A stretch of 54,667 bases of DNA from positions 1-54,667 of the IMG/VR virus record IMGVR_UViG_3300042484_001283. The stretch is one strand, 5' to 3'. Below the pieces are notes generated by a model. The model did no database searches and was not told the DNA's origin. It saw only the letters and a list, made by a program, of their open reading frames with translations. Origin of the DNA: a virus (taxonomy: Duplodnaviria; Caudoviricetes). Made by a program: the position numbers and the translations under genes. Positions 9,547 through 19,224 of the stretch are shown one piece after another; the stretch's first letter is position 1; each line of letters begins with the position of its first letter.

Positions 9547-10830
9547 ATGAAGAATACACAAGTAAAGATGACCCGACGCGATATCATTCAAATGATGCGG
9601 CATGGAAAACTTAATCCTAATCCAATCGGTCAACGTCCCCCTATCCCCTCAAAGAAGAAACCAGTAGAAATAATCAATTCAATGCTTGATGGTTTCTTTA
9701 CAGGTTCAATTATTCTGCGCGATATCCGAAACGATCCCCACGCACAAGCGACATATCCTGGACAAGATTATCTTGTGATCGATGGCGGCAACCGAACACG
9801 TGCGATGCGTAGGTTCGAGGAAAATACTTTGGTTTCAAAGTATGGTACTATTGCTGAAATTAATTCAGATGAATTCCTGAATCATGAAGAACATGTTGTT
9901 CTTTATGAATGCACTGCTGCTGAAGCAACACAGATTTTTCGCACGGTAAATACCGTAACCGTAGTAAATGAAATCGAAATGATTATGGCAAATGAAGATT
10001 CTCAAGTTGCCAAGTTTATTCGGTCATTGACACAGATGTATCCAGAATATAAAAACGCTGTGCACGATTTGTTCCAGTGGAGAATCAAACAAGGCACTAC
10101 GGATGTGCGAGTTCCTGTAAATTTTTCTTCACAACATGTTAATGCTCGCCGTGAGTGGGACGAACTAGTTGGTGTTGTGTTGGTCAAGTGTCTTAATGGT
10201 ATGAACAACGTAGACGCAGGTTATCCTGTAATTGGTAAACTTGTTGATGACGATCAACCTTTGAGTGAAACTGTCAAGAGCAAGGTAAAGGCAACTCTTG
10301 ATGCAGCACTGAAGTCTTTGAAGTTCGCCAAGAGCAAGAAGTTTACTAAGGTCACGTTCGGTGTATTTCAATTAGTGTATTTCGAACTGATGAGTCAGGG
10401 TGCACGAATCATTGACTTTGATGAATTCTCTCGTCGTCTTTGGGCAGCGAATGCGAAACTGGATCAGAAGTATGCTAATCGCGATGATGGCATTATGTCT
10501 TCCAAAAAAGCATTTGGTCGCGGAGATATCCAGAAAGAACTCGCGCAAGAATACCTTAAAGAAATGGGAGACCTTGCAGGGATTGTCAATTTCTCAGCAC
10601 GTTCTGCTTCACTCAATGAAAAGTATAACGATTTAGCATTGAAGGGATTCCTCAGCGCTGATGGTGGTATCCTGGAATATGATGATGCTGAATGGTCGCA
10701 CATCACACCGCATGCGGATGGTGGAACCGAAGCAACGATGGAACGTAAAGAAATTAATCATTTGAATCTGACAATGGAAGAGCAAATGTTAATTCTTCAA
10801 ATGCGCAATAAGCAGACAGTCGTCGCATAA
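9547..10830 (+). CDS. DUF262 (ParB-like, GmrS-like) protein with a degenerate HNH-like C-terminus
   Basis: IGQR, VIDGGNR (DGQQR-like), IFRTVN; C-terminal WSHITPHADGG; GGAG SD. Confidence 0.65.
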   Translation: MKNTQVKMTRRDIIQMMRHGKLNPNPIGQRPPIPSKKKPVEIINSMLDGFFTGSIILRDIRNDPHAQATYPGQDYLVIDGGNRTRAMRRFEENTLVSKYGTIAEINSDEFLNHEEHVVLYECTAAEATQIFRTVNTVTVVNEIEMIMANEDSQVAKFIRSLTQMYPEYKNAVHDLFQWRIKQGTTDVRVPVNFSSQHVNARREWDELVGVVLVKCLNGMNNVDAGYPVIGKLVDDDQPLSETVKSKVKATLDAALKSLKFAKSKKFTKVTFGVFQLVYFELMSQGARIIDFDEFSRRLWAANAKLDQKYANRDDGIMSSKKAFGRGDIQKELAQEYLKEMGDLAGIVNFSARSASLNEKYNDLALKGFLSADGGILEYDDAEWSHITPHADGGTEATMERKEINHLNLTMEEQMLILQMRNKQTVVA

Positions 10831-10831
10831 T

Positions 10832-11950
10832 ATGATACTAGAACAATCAGACGCAGAATACATCGCAACTCGATTTGTTGATTATATGTCAAACTATAAT
10901 CGTATCGATGATCACATGCGTATGAAAAAACTAGAAAGAATTAGATCTCTACCTCTTACTCTTCCAGGTTGTGAACCAGAGAACAATCTGTTCTCTGACT
11001 TTGATATGCACCCTGAAGACATGGATTTAGAGATCTATGAACCTTCTCCGAGCGAATTCACAACAATGGTGGAGATTACTTCTTCCTTTTGTAATGAGAA
11101 TTCGTTCGGGAAGGAAATAAAGTTTATCGTAAGGGAAAAGAATACTGGTAAGCACGTTGGTTATTGCCGAGTTGCTAGTCCACTTATCAATTCACGACCT
11201 CGTAATGAATGGTTCGGGCAGGTTCCCGACCTAAAGGCATTTAATAGACATGCGGTGATGGGTTTTATTATCGTTCCTGCTCAACCATTCGGTTTTAATT
11301 ATTTGGGTGGTAAACTGCTTGCACTTCTTTGCGCTTCTCACGAATTTCGGGAGATGTTCAATAAGAAATATGATATGGACACTTGTTTGTTCGAAACCAC
11401 CTCGTTGTATGGTAATATTAAGCAAGCATCGCAGTATGATGGTCTAAAACCCTTCATTCGCTATACTGGCGACACAGTTAGCAATTTTGTTCTCTCATTT
11501 TCCGATGAATTTTGGGGTGAGACAATGGAATGGTTTGCAAGTAAAAATAATGGACAACCACTCTTCTCACGAGAAGGAATTGCGTCTTATAAATTGAAAA
11601 TGCAGAACAAAATGATGTCTGTAATCAAAAATTCGCTTAAATATCACAATTCTTCGGTCCTTGACCGCTTTTCAAGCGCAATTCAGGCGAACAAAGACGT
11701 CACAACCCAAAAACGGTTCTATATTTCGACTTACGGATACGAAAATTCGCGAGATTACATCCTCGGAAAGGATAAAACACTCGTAAAAAACGTTGAAAAT
11801 TTTGATAAACACTATTTGGATAATATTATTCGCTGGTGGAAGAAGAAAGCGACTTCTCGTTACGAAAATTTGCGGTCAGAAGGTCGTTTGCGTCGCGAAT
11901 TAGAGGTTTGGAACGAAGAATCAATCGGAAAGATTGATATAATTCGTTGA
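10832..11950 (+). CDS. DUF4338 / DruA-like protein
   Basis: IVPAQPFGFNYLGGKLLALLC, FETTSLYG and SQYDG motifs, recalled from this family in T4-like phages. Confidence 0.65.
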   Translation: MILEQSDAEYIATRFVDYMSNYNRIDDHMRMKKLERIRSLPLTLPGCEPENNLFSDFDMHPEDMDLEIYEPSPSEFTTMVEITSSFCNENSFGKEIKFIVREKNTGKHVGYCRVASPLINSRPRNEWFGQVPDLKAFNRHAVMGFIIVPAQPFGFNYLGGKLLALLCASHEFREMFNKKYDMDTCLFETTSLYGNIKQASQYDGLKPFIRYTGDTVSNFVLSFSDEFWGETMEWFASKNNGQPLFSREGIASYKLKMQNKMMSVIKNSLKYHNSSVLDRFSSAIQANKDVTTQKRFYISTYGYENSRDYILGKDKTLVKNVENFDKHYLDNIIRWWKKKATSRYENLRSEGRLRRELEVWNEESIGKIDIIR

Positions 11951-11954
11951 TTGT

Positions 11955-11962
11955 TATAAATA
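11955..11962 (+). promoter_or_regulatory. T4-type late promoter
   Basis: TATAAATA, with ATG at 11968. Confidence 0.8.
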
Positions 11963-11967
11963 ATCGT

Positions 11968-12255
11968 ATGTCATACGATATAATTTTTAATTTAATAGGA
12001 GATGTAGGATTCCCCATCGCAGCAGCGTTGCTCGCTGGGGTATTCGTGTATTTTGTCATCAACTATATCCTCGAGAGCGTCTTAAAGGCGATCAAAGGGA
12101 TGCAGGGTATCATCATGGGGTTAGATAACCGAGTGAAGACCATGAACCATGATATTATTCGCGTTGATGCCGTTGTTAGTTCCGCTTTAGGTCTTAAACC
12201 AGATCTAGATAGAATCGCACGAGCAGACGGGAAGAACGATGCTCGGAGGGACTGA
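11968..12255 (+). CDS. Small membrane protein (GFPI motif, one TM helix plus coiled coil)
   Basis: VGFPIAAALLAGVFVYFVI; paralogue of the next gene. Confidence 0.75.
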   Translation: MSYDIIFNLIGDVGFPIAAALLAGVFVYFVINYILESVLKAIKGMQGIIMGLDNRVKTMNHDIIRVDAVVSSALGLKPDLDRIARADGKNDARRD

Positions 12256-12521
12256 TGGATCCACAATTAATCGCTGGATTAGTTAAACAGTACGGATTTC
12301 CTATAGTTGCCGCAGTTGGTATGGGATATTTCGTTTGGTTTATTTACAAATTTGTTACTGATAGATTGATGCCGTTGATCGGCGAGACGAATGTAATTTT
12401 GATTGCGTTGATTGATCGTGTTCGTATGCTTGATAATGATCTAATCAGATTAAACCAGAAGGTGAGCGTAGTTTTACAAATAAAAGAGGATCACAGTGAT
12501 GACACTAAATCTAAAAATTGA
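12255..12521 (+). CDS. Small membrane protein (GFPI motif), paralogue of the previous gene
   Basis: YGFPIVAAVGMGYFVWFIY; LIDRVRMLDNDLIRL versus LDNRVKTMNHDIIRV; GGAGG SD. Confidence 0.75.
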   Translation: MDPQLIAGLVKQYGFPIVAAVGMGYFVWFIYKFVTDRLMPLIGETNVILIALIDRVRMLDNDLIRLNQKVSVVLQIKEDHSDDTKSKN

Positions 12522-12636
12522 GATCCTCAAAGTATTTACCTTTGATTTAAATTTTTCTTCTGACAATAAAACTATAAAGGAAGAGAAAAATGCTAAAACG
12601 AGCGATGGTGCTCCTGACGCTATTAAGTCTAAGTAG
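12499..12636 (+). CDS. 45-aa hypothetical protein (not in the ORF track)
   Basis: GAGGA SD; MTLNLKIEILKVFTFDLNFSS...KSK*; fills the operon gap and overlaps both neighbours. Confidence 0.45.
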   Translation: MTLNLKIEILKVFTFDLNFSSDNKTIKEEKNAKTSDGAPDAIKSK

Positions 12637-13039
12637 TCCAGCATACGCCGATCCAATTGTTCAACAGTTTAAATCACCTTCCTTTACTGGTTATGGGTGG
12701 TCTTCGCATGTGCAGTCAATCGACGCACAAGAACGTTCGCGTGAACAGGCAATCAAAGATGCAGAGGCAGCGAAGGCAGCATTGATAAGAGCAGAGGCAG
12801 CAAATACTCCTCTTGCTAAATTCATGGCGTTGTTTACCTCTCAGGTTTATGCCCAACTTGCTACACAACTTTCAAACAATCTGTTCGCAGAAGGCGGAAC
12901 AGCAACCACGGGAACATTTAATCTCGATGGTAATTCTGTGAGTTATGTTAAGACTGGAACTGAAGTTACTCTAACAGTAGTCGATAAGAATGGCAATACT
13001 ACGGTTGTTGTCGTTCCTATTGCTACATTCGCATTCTAA
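12590..13039 (+). CDS. csgF: Curli assembly protein CsgF-like
   Basis: Signal peptide (...SSPAYA); mature N-terminus IVQQFKSPSFTG; C-terminal beta-rich region; adjacent to csgG. Confidence 0.75.
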   Translation: MLKRAMVLLTLLSLSSPAYADPIVQQFKSPSFTGYGWSSHVQSIDAQERSREQAIKDAEAAKAALIRAEAANTPLAKFMALFTSQVYAQLATQLSNNLFAEGGTATTGTFNLDGNSVSYVKTGTEVTLTVVDKNGNTTVVVVPIATFAF

Positions 13040-13048
13040 GGAGACGTT

Positions 13049-13873
13049 ATGAAAAAAATAGTTCTCCTTCCACTTTTACTCGTTCTTTCTGGTTGTGTTG
13101 GCGCACTTCATCCTACTGCCAACCAATCATATCTGTTTAGAGATGATGCAGAAGTCAAAAGGTTTGCCAACCCGAAACTGTTTAAGAATCTTCCTGAGTT
13201 AGATGGTCAACCGATTCCTATCGCACTGTATTCATTTACCGATAGAACTGGCCAACGTAAACCATCTTCGACTCTCGCAAGTTTCTCAACTGCGGTAACT
13301 CAAGGTGCAGATGCATACTTGATTAAGACTTTACAAGATACAGGAGGTGGCAAGTGGTTCATTCCTGTGGAGCGTGTCGGTATTGACTCGCTGATCAAAG
13401 AACGTCAACTTGTTCGTCAGATGCGCGAACAGATTTCAGGAGAAGCGGCTGAACCTCTTCCTCCATTGAAAGTTGCGGGTATCATTATAGAAGGTGGTAT
13501 CATTGATTATAATTCGAATATCAAAACGGGTGGTACTGGCGCTCGTTTTCTTGGAGTTGGTCCGTACCAACAATATACACAAGACCAAGTTACAGTTAGT
13601 CTTCGCCTCGTTTCTGTCCAAACTGGCGAAGTTCTTAATTCGGTTACTGTAGAGAAAACGGTTCTTTCTACTTCTGAGGGGATAACTGCTTTTACATTCT
13701 TCGACATGGCGACTAAAGCGTTTGAATTTGATGGACAACAAACAAGTAATGAAGCAGGTAGTTATGCGATCCGTTCTGCCATAGAAACGGCTGTTGTTGA
13801 GTTAATCAAGGATGGTGAAACAAAGAATCTATGGAGATTTAAACAAAAGGAAACGACAAATGAAACTAAGTAA
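13049..13873 (+). CDS. csgG: Curli secretion channel CsgG-like lipoprotein
   Basis: Lipobox LSGC; YSFTDRTGQRKP, STAVTQG, WFIPVER, EGGIIDY, DQVTVSLRLVSVQTGEVL. Confidence 0.92.
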   Translation: MKKIVLLPLLLVLSGCVGALHPTANQSYLFRDDAEVKRFANPKLFKNLPELDGQPIPIALYSFTDRTGQRKPSSTLASFSTAVTQGADAYLIKTLQDTGGGKWFIPVERVGIDSLIKERQLVRQMREQISGEAAEPLPPLKVAGIIIEGGIIDYNSNIKTGGTGARFLGVGPYQQYTQDQVTVSLRLVSVQTGEVLNSVTVEKTVLSTSEGITAFTFFDMATKAFEFDGQQTSNEAGSYAIRSAIETAVVELIKDGETKNLWRFKQKETTNETK

Positions 13874-14633
13874 GTTTTTATTAGTTGGCGCTGCTCTTTG
13901 TTATGGAACATCTGCGATTGCACAAACTGTGCTACCAACAGCACCAACTCCTCCAGCAATTGTAACAACTTCGCCGAATGAAACAGAAGCGAATACTGTT
14001 GCAACAACAAACAAGGTATATATCGATCAAGAAGGAGGTAACGTAGATGTTAACATCGTTCAAACTGGTACTGCTAACGTTATCGGTTCTACTCTTGATC
14101 CTATTTACCTACGTGGTGATAACCAGAGCGTTATCGCAATACAGACAGGCAATGGAAACCAACTTTATATGGGTGTCGTATCCGATACAGGTGCCCAAGG
14201 AATCGCCGATGTAACAATCCGTCAAATCGGCAATCTGAATACCGCAGACATTCGTTGCGGAACAGAACTTAATGACTCCTCATGTAATCAACTTGACATG
14301 AATGCCAAGTTTACTGGTAACAGCAACTCGTTTGTTTTCCGTGGGTCGGGTGCTAATATCCGTAACTCGATGGATTTCAACGGTAACAATAACACAGTAA
14401 ACATGGATGCACTATCACCAAATGCGACACAAACAATTCTGGTGACGGGCAACTACAATGACTTTGATGTTACACAAACCGATCTCGGTGGAACATTCGG
14501 TCACTCACTATATGTAAACCTGACAGGTTCGCTAAACACTGTAACAACACAACAGTATGGCGCATCTGAAACTGTGATCAATATTAATAGTGTGGGATCA
14601 AATGGCACGTTTAATATCAAAACTGGCCACTAA
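13860..14633 (+). CDS. Secreted curlin-repeat-like protein
   Basis: Signal peptide; repeated Q-x-G-x-x-N units (QTGTAN, QTGNGN, QIGNLN); AAGGA SD. Confidence 0.65.
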   Translation: MKLSKFLLVGAALCYGTSAIAQTVLPTAPTPPAIVTTSPNETEANTVATTNKVYIDQEGGNVDVNIVQTGTANVIGSTLDPIYLRGDNQSVIAIQTGNGNQLYMGVVSDTGAQGIADVTIRQIGNLNTADIRCGTELNDSSCNQLDMNAKFTGNSNSFVFRGSGANIRNSMDFNGNNNTVNMDALSPNATQTILVTGNYNDFDVTQTDLGGTFGHSLYVNLTGSLNTVTTQQYGASETVININSVGSNGTFNIKTGH

Positions 14634-15747
14634 TCTTCTACTGATTTTTCTGTTATCGACTCCTGCCTTTGCTGGTATTGGGTCGATAACAGATTTCAGA
14701 GGAGGTGGTGCTATTAAGCGTGGCGCCAAGACTACAGTAGCATCTAAAGGTGCTGGCGTAGAAAAGATGGACACAATTTCCACCAACTCCCAAGGCAGAT
14801 TTAGGATTACATTCAATGACTCGACTACAGTTAATATCACAGAAAACTCGCGACTTCTTGTGGATGACTTTGTGTATGATGGTGGAGGGTCATCAAAAGG
14901 CAAACTCGGGTTACGAGTTGCTCTTGGAACAGTTAGATATGCGTCAGGCAAAGTCGCGAAAACAAACCCACGAGGCGTAAACATTCGCACACCAACTGCT
15001 ACTATCGCAGTTCGTGGCACAGACTTCGTTATGTCGGTTGATGAAGCAGGTCGTTCTACGGTCGTGCTGGTTCCCGAATGCTATAACGAATTAGACATCA
15101 CAAAACAAACTGCTGAATGTCCAACAGGCATGATTGAAGTTATCACCGCATCTGGTGTAGTTACGTTAAACCAACCATTCCAAGCAACAGTTGTAGAAAA
15201 CAACTTTGCTCCTCCTGCTCCACCAGTAGTCGTTAATCCTTTGATGAAGGCGCTGGATAATAACGTTCAACTTGTTTCGCTGGAAACAGATGATGGACAA
15301 AGTTTACTTCAACTTGCTAGAGATAGTTTAAAGAAGTTTACCAATCCTTCTAGGGCGGCATCGGACGACAACAAAGATCCAGATGGGGGCACAAATGATA
15401 ACGTTGAACAAGTCGCTGCGGTAATGCGTCGACCAGCAACACCACAAGAACTACTAGACGTTTTTGCTGAGTTCAACGAAGGTAACATTCCAGCAGAAAC
15501 TTTCTATACTAATGTTTCCCCGATATTCAAAAAGAATGTTCAGGTCGGATGGGTGTATACCAGACTTTCTGAAGATAGGCAACAAGCAGTTACTATCTGG
15601 TTAGAGAAGGGCAACGAAGCACAAGTTGTATCTGTTCAAAATGGTTTGATAGATGTTTACAACTTTGTGGACGATAAGTGGACAACATCGGGGACTGGTA
15701 GACCACAGGGTAACATCACTGTGATGCAAGAATCAGGTGCGAGATGA
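14602..15747 (+). CDS. FecR-domain exported protein
   Basis: Signal peptide; ITFNDSTTVNITENSRL and IRTPTATIAVRGTDF. Confidence 0.85.
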   Translation: MARLISKLATNLLLIFLLSTPAFAGIGSITDFRGGGAIKRGAKTTVASKGAGVEKMDTISTNSQGRFRITFNDSTTVNITENSRLLVDDFVYDGGGSSKGKLGLRVALGTVRYASGKVAKTNPRGVNIRTPTATIAVRGTDFVMSVDEAGRSTVVLVPECYNELDITKQTAECPTGMIEVITASGVVTLNQPFQATVVENNFAPPAPPVVVNPLMKALDNNVQLVSLETDDGQSLLQLARDSLKKFTNPSRAASDDNKDPDGGTNDNVEQVAAVMRRPATPQELLDVFAEFNEGNIPAETFYTNVSPIFKKNVQVGWVYTRLSEDRQQAVTIWLEKGNEAQVVSVQNGLIDVYNFVDDKWTTSGTGRPQGNITVMQESGAR

Positions 15748-17198
15748 AAAAACTAATCGCTCTGTTCCTACTATTCTTTGCGATGCCAGCATTCGCACAA
15801 GTTACGAACTACGGTTTTGAGAGTGGTAACTACACAGGTTGGACAGTGAGTAACGGTTCAACTGCCGCAAGAACTTCGTGGAGTGATAGTGGTTCTGGTG
15901 CACAAGTTACAACTGGTATGACTAACTACTGTCCAGGTAACGGTAAGTGCTGGACTGTTACTCCATATGGTTCATATATGATTTCACTTCAAGCAGGTGG
16001 TGGTTCTCCTGGATTTGACGGTGCTATGACTACTTTGGGATTGACAGGTTCAACAATTACTTCGATTAGAAATACCATCTATGCAAATGGTAATATGAAT
16101 CCTACGAATGCCACATCTATTAGTAGAACAATATTTCTACAAGCAGGTACAACATATAGTTATGCTTGGCAGTATGTTTCGACTGATTATGTTCCATACA
16201 ATGATGGATCGATGATCACATTAACTGGTGGTCCAGGAACCCCAACGATTAATGGGCAAACTCAAAACTTTGCGCTGCTTGGATTTACAAATGAGGGCAC
16301 GGGTAACTATTCGGTTGGATCTTATGGTGCTACTGGTTGGCAAGTCGCAGTATTCACAGTTCCTACTGACGGAAACTATCTGCTAGGTTTTGCCTCGTTC
16401 AACCTCGGTGATACTGCATTGTCACCAATTCTGTTTATCGATCAGATGCAAGGAACAACCTCGCTGAATGGAGCAACGTTTACTCCCGTCGAACCAAACG
16501 CTGGTTCTTCTGCTCCTCCGCCTCCCCCTCCTGCGCCACCAGAACCAACATTTCCTCTTGCATCTATCAGTGCTAATCAATCATTGAAGATCAATCAAAC
16601 AAATGCGATTACGCAAAACTCTATCTACATCAATGCATCTGGATCTAACAACTCAGTTTATATTGAACAGTTTTCTAAGCAGAACCAAATCCGTGGTGTT
16701 AACGGCGCACAGGCAATGACCATCAATGGTAGCGGCAACAGCATTACTATCAATCAGGGCACGGCAGCGACACCAATCGGTAAAAACTTGGCAGAAGTTT
16801 CTGTTACTGGTAACAACAACCTTGTATCATTGACACAACAATATGCAGGCAAATACGCTGAGATTGTCACCAACGGTCTTGGCAATCAAATCTCAGCACA
16901 ACAAAAAGATGCTGGAGGAAAATCGTTGTTTATCAATGCTTTAGGAAACTCTAATAATATCAGCACCTTACAACAGGGAACAGGTAATCACTTTTTAGAT
17001 ATTAGCGCACCATTTGGTGGAGTCACTGCATCGGTTACTCAATTGGGTTCTTCTATAAAGCAATTTCAACTTTTACTAAATAGTCCTGGAATTGGTGTAA
17101 CTGTCACACAAAATAATTTGGCTGCCACTGACTCTGCGAAAATGGAAATAACATGCACGACTGGACCATGTAATGGATACTCTTATACAAAAAACTAA
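15744..17198 (+). CDS. Secreted protein with an N-terminal beta-rich domain, Pro linker and curlin-like repeats
   Basis: Signal peptide; NYGFESG start; PPPPPPAPPEP; repeats such as GSNNSVYIEQ, GSGNSITINQ, GNNNLVSLTQ, GNSNNISTLQQGTGN. Confidence 0.7.
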   Translation: MKKLIALFLLFFAMPAFAQVTNYGFESGNYTGWTVSNGSTAARTSWSDSGSGAQVTTGMTNYCPGNGKCWTVTPYGSYMISLQAGGGSPGFDGAMTTLGLTGSTITSIRNTIYANGNMNPTNATSISRTIFLQAGTTYSYAWQYVSTDYVPYNDGSMITLTGGPGTPTINGQTQNFALLGFTNEGTGNYSVGSYGATGWQVAVFTVPTDGNYLLGFASFNLGDTALSPILFIDQMQGTTSLNGATFTPVEPNAGSSAPPPPPPAPPEPTFPLASISANQSLKINQTNAITQNSIYINASGSNNSVYIEQFSKQNQIRGVNGAQAMTINGSGNSITINQGTAATPIGKNLAEVSVTGNNNLVSLTQQYAGKYAEIVTNGLGNQISAQQKDAGGKSLFINALGNSNNISTLQQGTGNHFLDISAPFGGVTASVTQLGSSIKQFQLLLNSPGIGVTVTQNNLAATDSAKMEITCTTGPCNGYSYTKN

Positions 17199-19224
17199 GA
17201 AAGCTCTTCTTTCGCCTTGGTTGGCATTGATTACTTTTGCGGTGTTGTTAGTAGTAAAATTATCAAACCCATACATGGTCGAATCCGCGAGATTGAAGTT
17301 TTATGATTATTTGATGCTCGGTTCGCCGACGCAATCTGAACAAATTGTAACCGTCAATATTGGGGAGAAAGCAATTGAGAAATACGGACAGTATCCGTTC
17401 CCAAGGGAAACATATAGTAAAATTATTAGCGATCTTTATGGGGCAAACGCTGGTCTCGTTGGCAGTACTATACTTATGTCTGAGTTTGATCGGATGGGGA
17501 CTGACAGAGTACTGGCGGATACCCTAAGTCAGTATCCAGTAGTTCTGAGTCAGACGGTAAGCGACTCTTGTTCACGGGCAAGTGCGACAATTCGGAGAAC
17601 AGGCGTTGCCGTAGTCGGCGATGGAGAAGCAACTGAATTTCTTCCTCAATACCCGTGCGTTCTAAGTAATATCTCAATTCTTCAAGAAGCCGCAGTCGGT
17701 GTTGGGATAACATCGACTTTACCCGAAACAGATGGGGTCGTAAGGCGAGTTCCTCTTCTAGCACAATCATCTGACGAATACTACCCCGCATTTGCTCTAG
17801 AGATGCTGCGTGTTGCTGCTGGAGATCCATCATATCAAGCGAAGATAAATCAGACGGGAGTTGAGGCATTACGAATTCCTTCTTTTGAAACCATTAAGAC
17901 AGATGAATATGGTAGAGTTTTTGTTAATCCGAACTACCGATTTCAGTCAGTCGAAATTGGCGAACCAATTCCTGATCTGACAGGTAAGATAGTGATTCTC
18001 GGCGTAACTGCCGCAGGAATTGCGAATCCCGTAGCGACTCCCGCAGGTGCCCAACATCCCCATCAGTTACAGGCCAGTCTACTAGAAACTCTCCTGAATG
18101 GTGACTCTGTGTCGATTCCGAATTGGTCAGCAATTGCGGATCTTGCTGCTTTTCTGGTTCTTGCTCTGGCATTGATCATTCTCTCGCGTTTTAAATTCTC
18201 TATAATTTATATTGCTGTCATTCTCGGTGGATATTTCTATCTACCTATTTATCTTTTCGCAAGCAAGGGTATTCTGCTCGATGTTACATTTAACGTGTTT
18301 GCTATTGCTCTCATCTATATTCACATCTTCACCGCAAAGTATATTTCTGAGTATCTACAGAAGCAGCAAATCAAGAAGCAGTTTGGAACCTATCTGTCAC
18401 CAGATCTCGTTGCTCAATTACAAAGACAACCAGAACTATTGCAACTTGGTGGTGATTCTAGAGAACTATCAATTATGTTCACAGACGTTCGTGGGTTTAC
18501 TACGATTTCTGAGCATTACGGTGAAGACGTTCAAGGTCTTACTAAGATTATGAATCGTTACATGACAGTGATGACACGAGCAATTCTAGAAAACAACGGT
18601 ACGCTAGATAAGTATATCGGTGATGCTCAGATGGCATTCTGGAATGCACCGTTGGACAATAACAAGCATGCATTGGATGCAGTTCGAACTTCCTTTCAGA
18701 TGCTAAAAGATTTGGAGACTTTCAATGAAGACATTAAAGAAGAAGGTGTACCCGCTTTTGGGATGGGTCTTGGTATTAACACTGCCACTGTGGTTGTTGG
18801 CAATATGGGCAGCACTCAGCGTTTTGACTATACTTGCTTGGGTGATGGCGTTAATCTGGCTGCTCGTCTGGAAGGTCAGACCAAGTCTTATGGTGTCAAA
18901 CTCATCGTCGGACCAAAAACTGCCGAATTGGTTAGGGATGTATACCAAGTAGTAGAACTTGATCTCATTGCTGTCAAAGGTAAGACGGAACCTGCTAGAA
19001 TCTACACTGCGTTAGAAACCTTCGACCATCCAGGTGAGAAACAACATGAGAAGTTCCTCGCACTATATCGTGAAGGTAACTGGGAAGTTGCCAAAAAATT
19101 TGCCAGCGACTTAAAGAAGTGCTGGCAAAGTGAGTTAAACAATTACTATGATATGATGCTCGAGCGTATGGAGGGAGAACCTCCCGCTAACTTCGACGGG
19201 GTATATCGTGCAACGACCAAGTAA
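17173..19224 (+). CDS. CHASE2-domain membrane adenylate cyclase (class III)
   Basis: N-terminal TM; CHASE2 (GQYPFPRE, DGVVRRVPL); three TM helices; FTDVRGFT, LDKYIGDA, DYTCLGDGVNLAARLE. Confidence 0.92.
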   Translation: MDTLIQKTKKALLSPWLALITFAVLLVVKLSNPYMVESARLKFYDYLMLGSPTQSEQIVTVNIGEKAIEKYGQYPFPRETYSKIISDLYGANAGLVGSTILMSEFDRMGTDRVLADTLSQYPVVLSQTVSDSCSRASATIRRTGVAVVGDGEATEFLPQYPCVLSNISILQEAAVGVGITSTLPETDGVVRRVPLLAQSSDEYYPAFALEMLRVAAGDPSYQAKINQTGVEALRIPSFETIKTDEYGRVFVNPNYRFQSVEIGEPIPDLTGKIVILGVTAAGIANPVATPAGAQHPHQLQASLLETLLNGDSVSIPNWSAIADLAAFLVLALALIILSRFKFSIIYIAVILGGYFYLPIYLFASKGILLDVTFNVFAIALIYIHIFTAKYISEYLQKQQIKKQFGTYLSPDLVAQLQRQPELLQLGGDSRELSIMFTDVRGFTTISEHYGEDVQGLTKIMNRYMTVMTRAILENNGTLDKYIGDAQMAFWNAPLDNNKHALDAVRTSFQMLKDLETFNEDIKEEGVPAFGMGLGINTATVVVGNMGSTQRFDYTCLGDGVNLAARLEGQTKSYGVKLIVGPKTAELVRDVYQVVELDLIAVKGKTEPARIYTALETFDHPGEKQHEKFLALYREGNWEVAKKFASDLKKCWQSELNNYYDMMLERMEGEPPANFDGVYRATTK

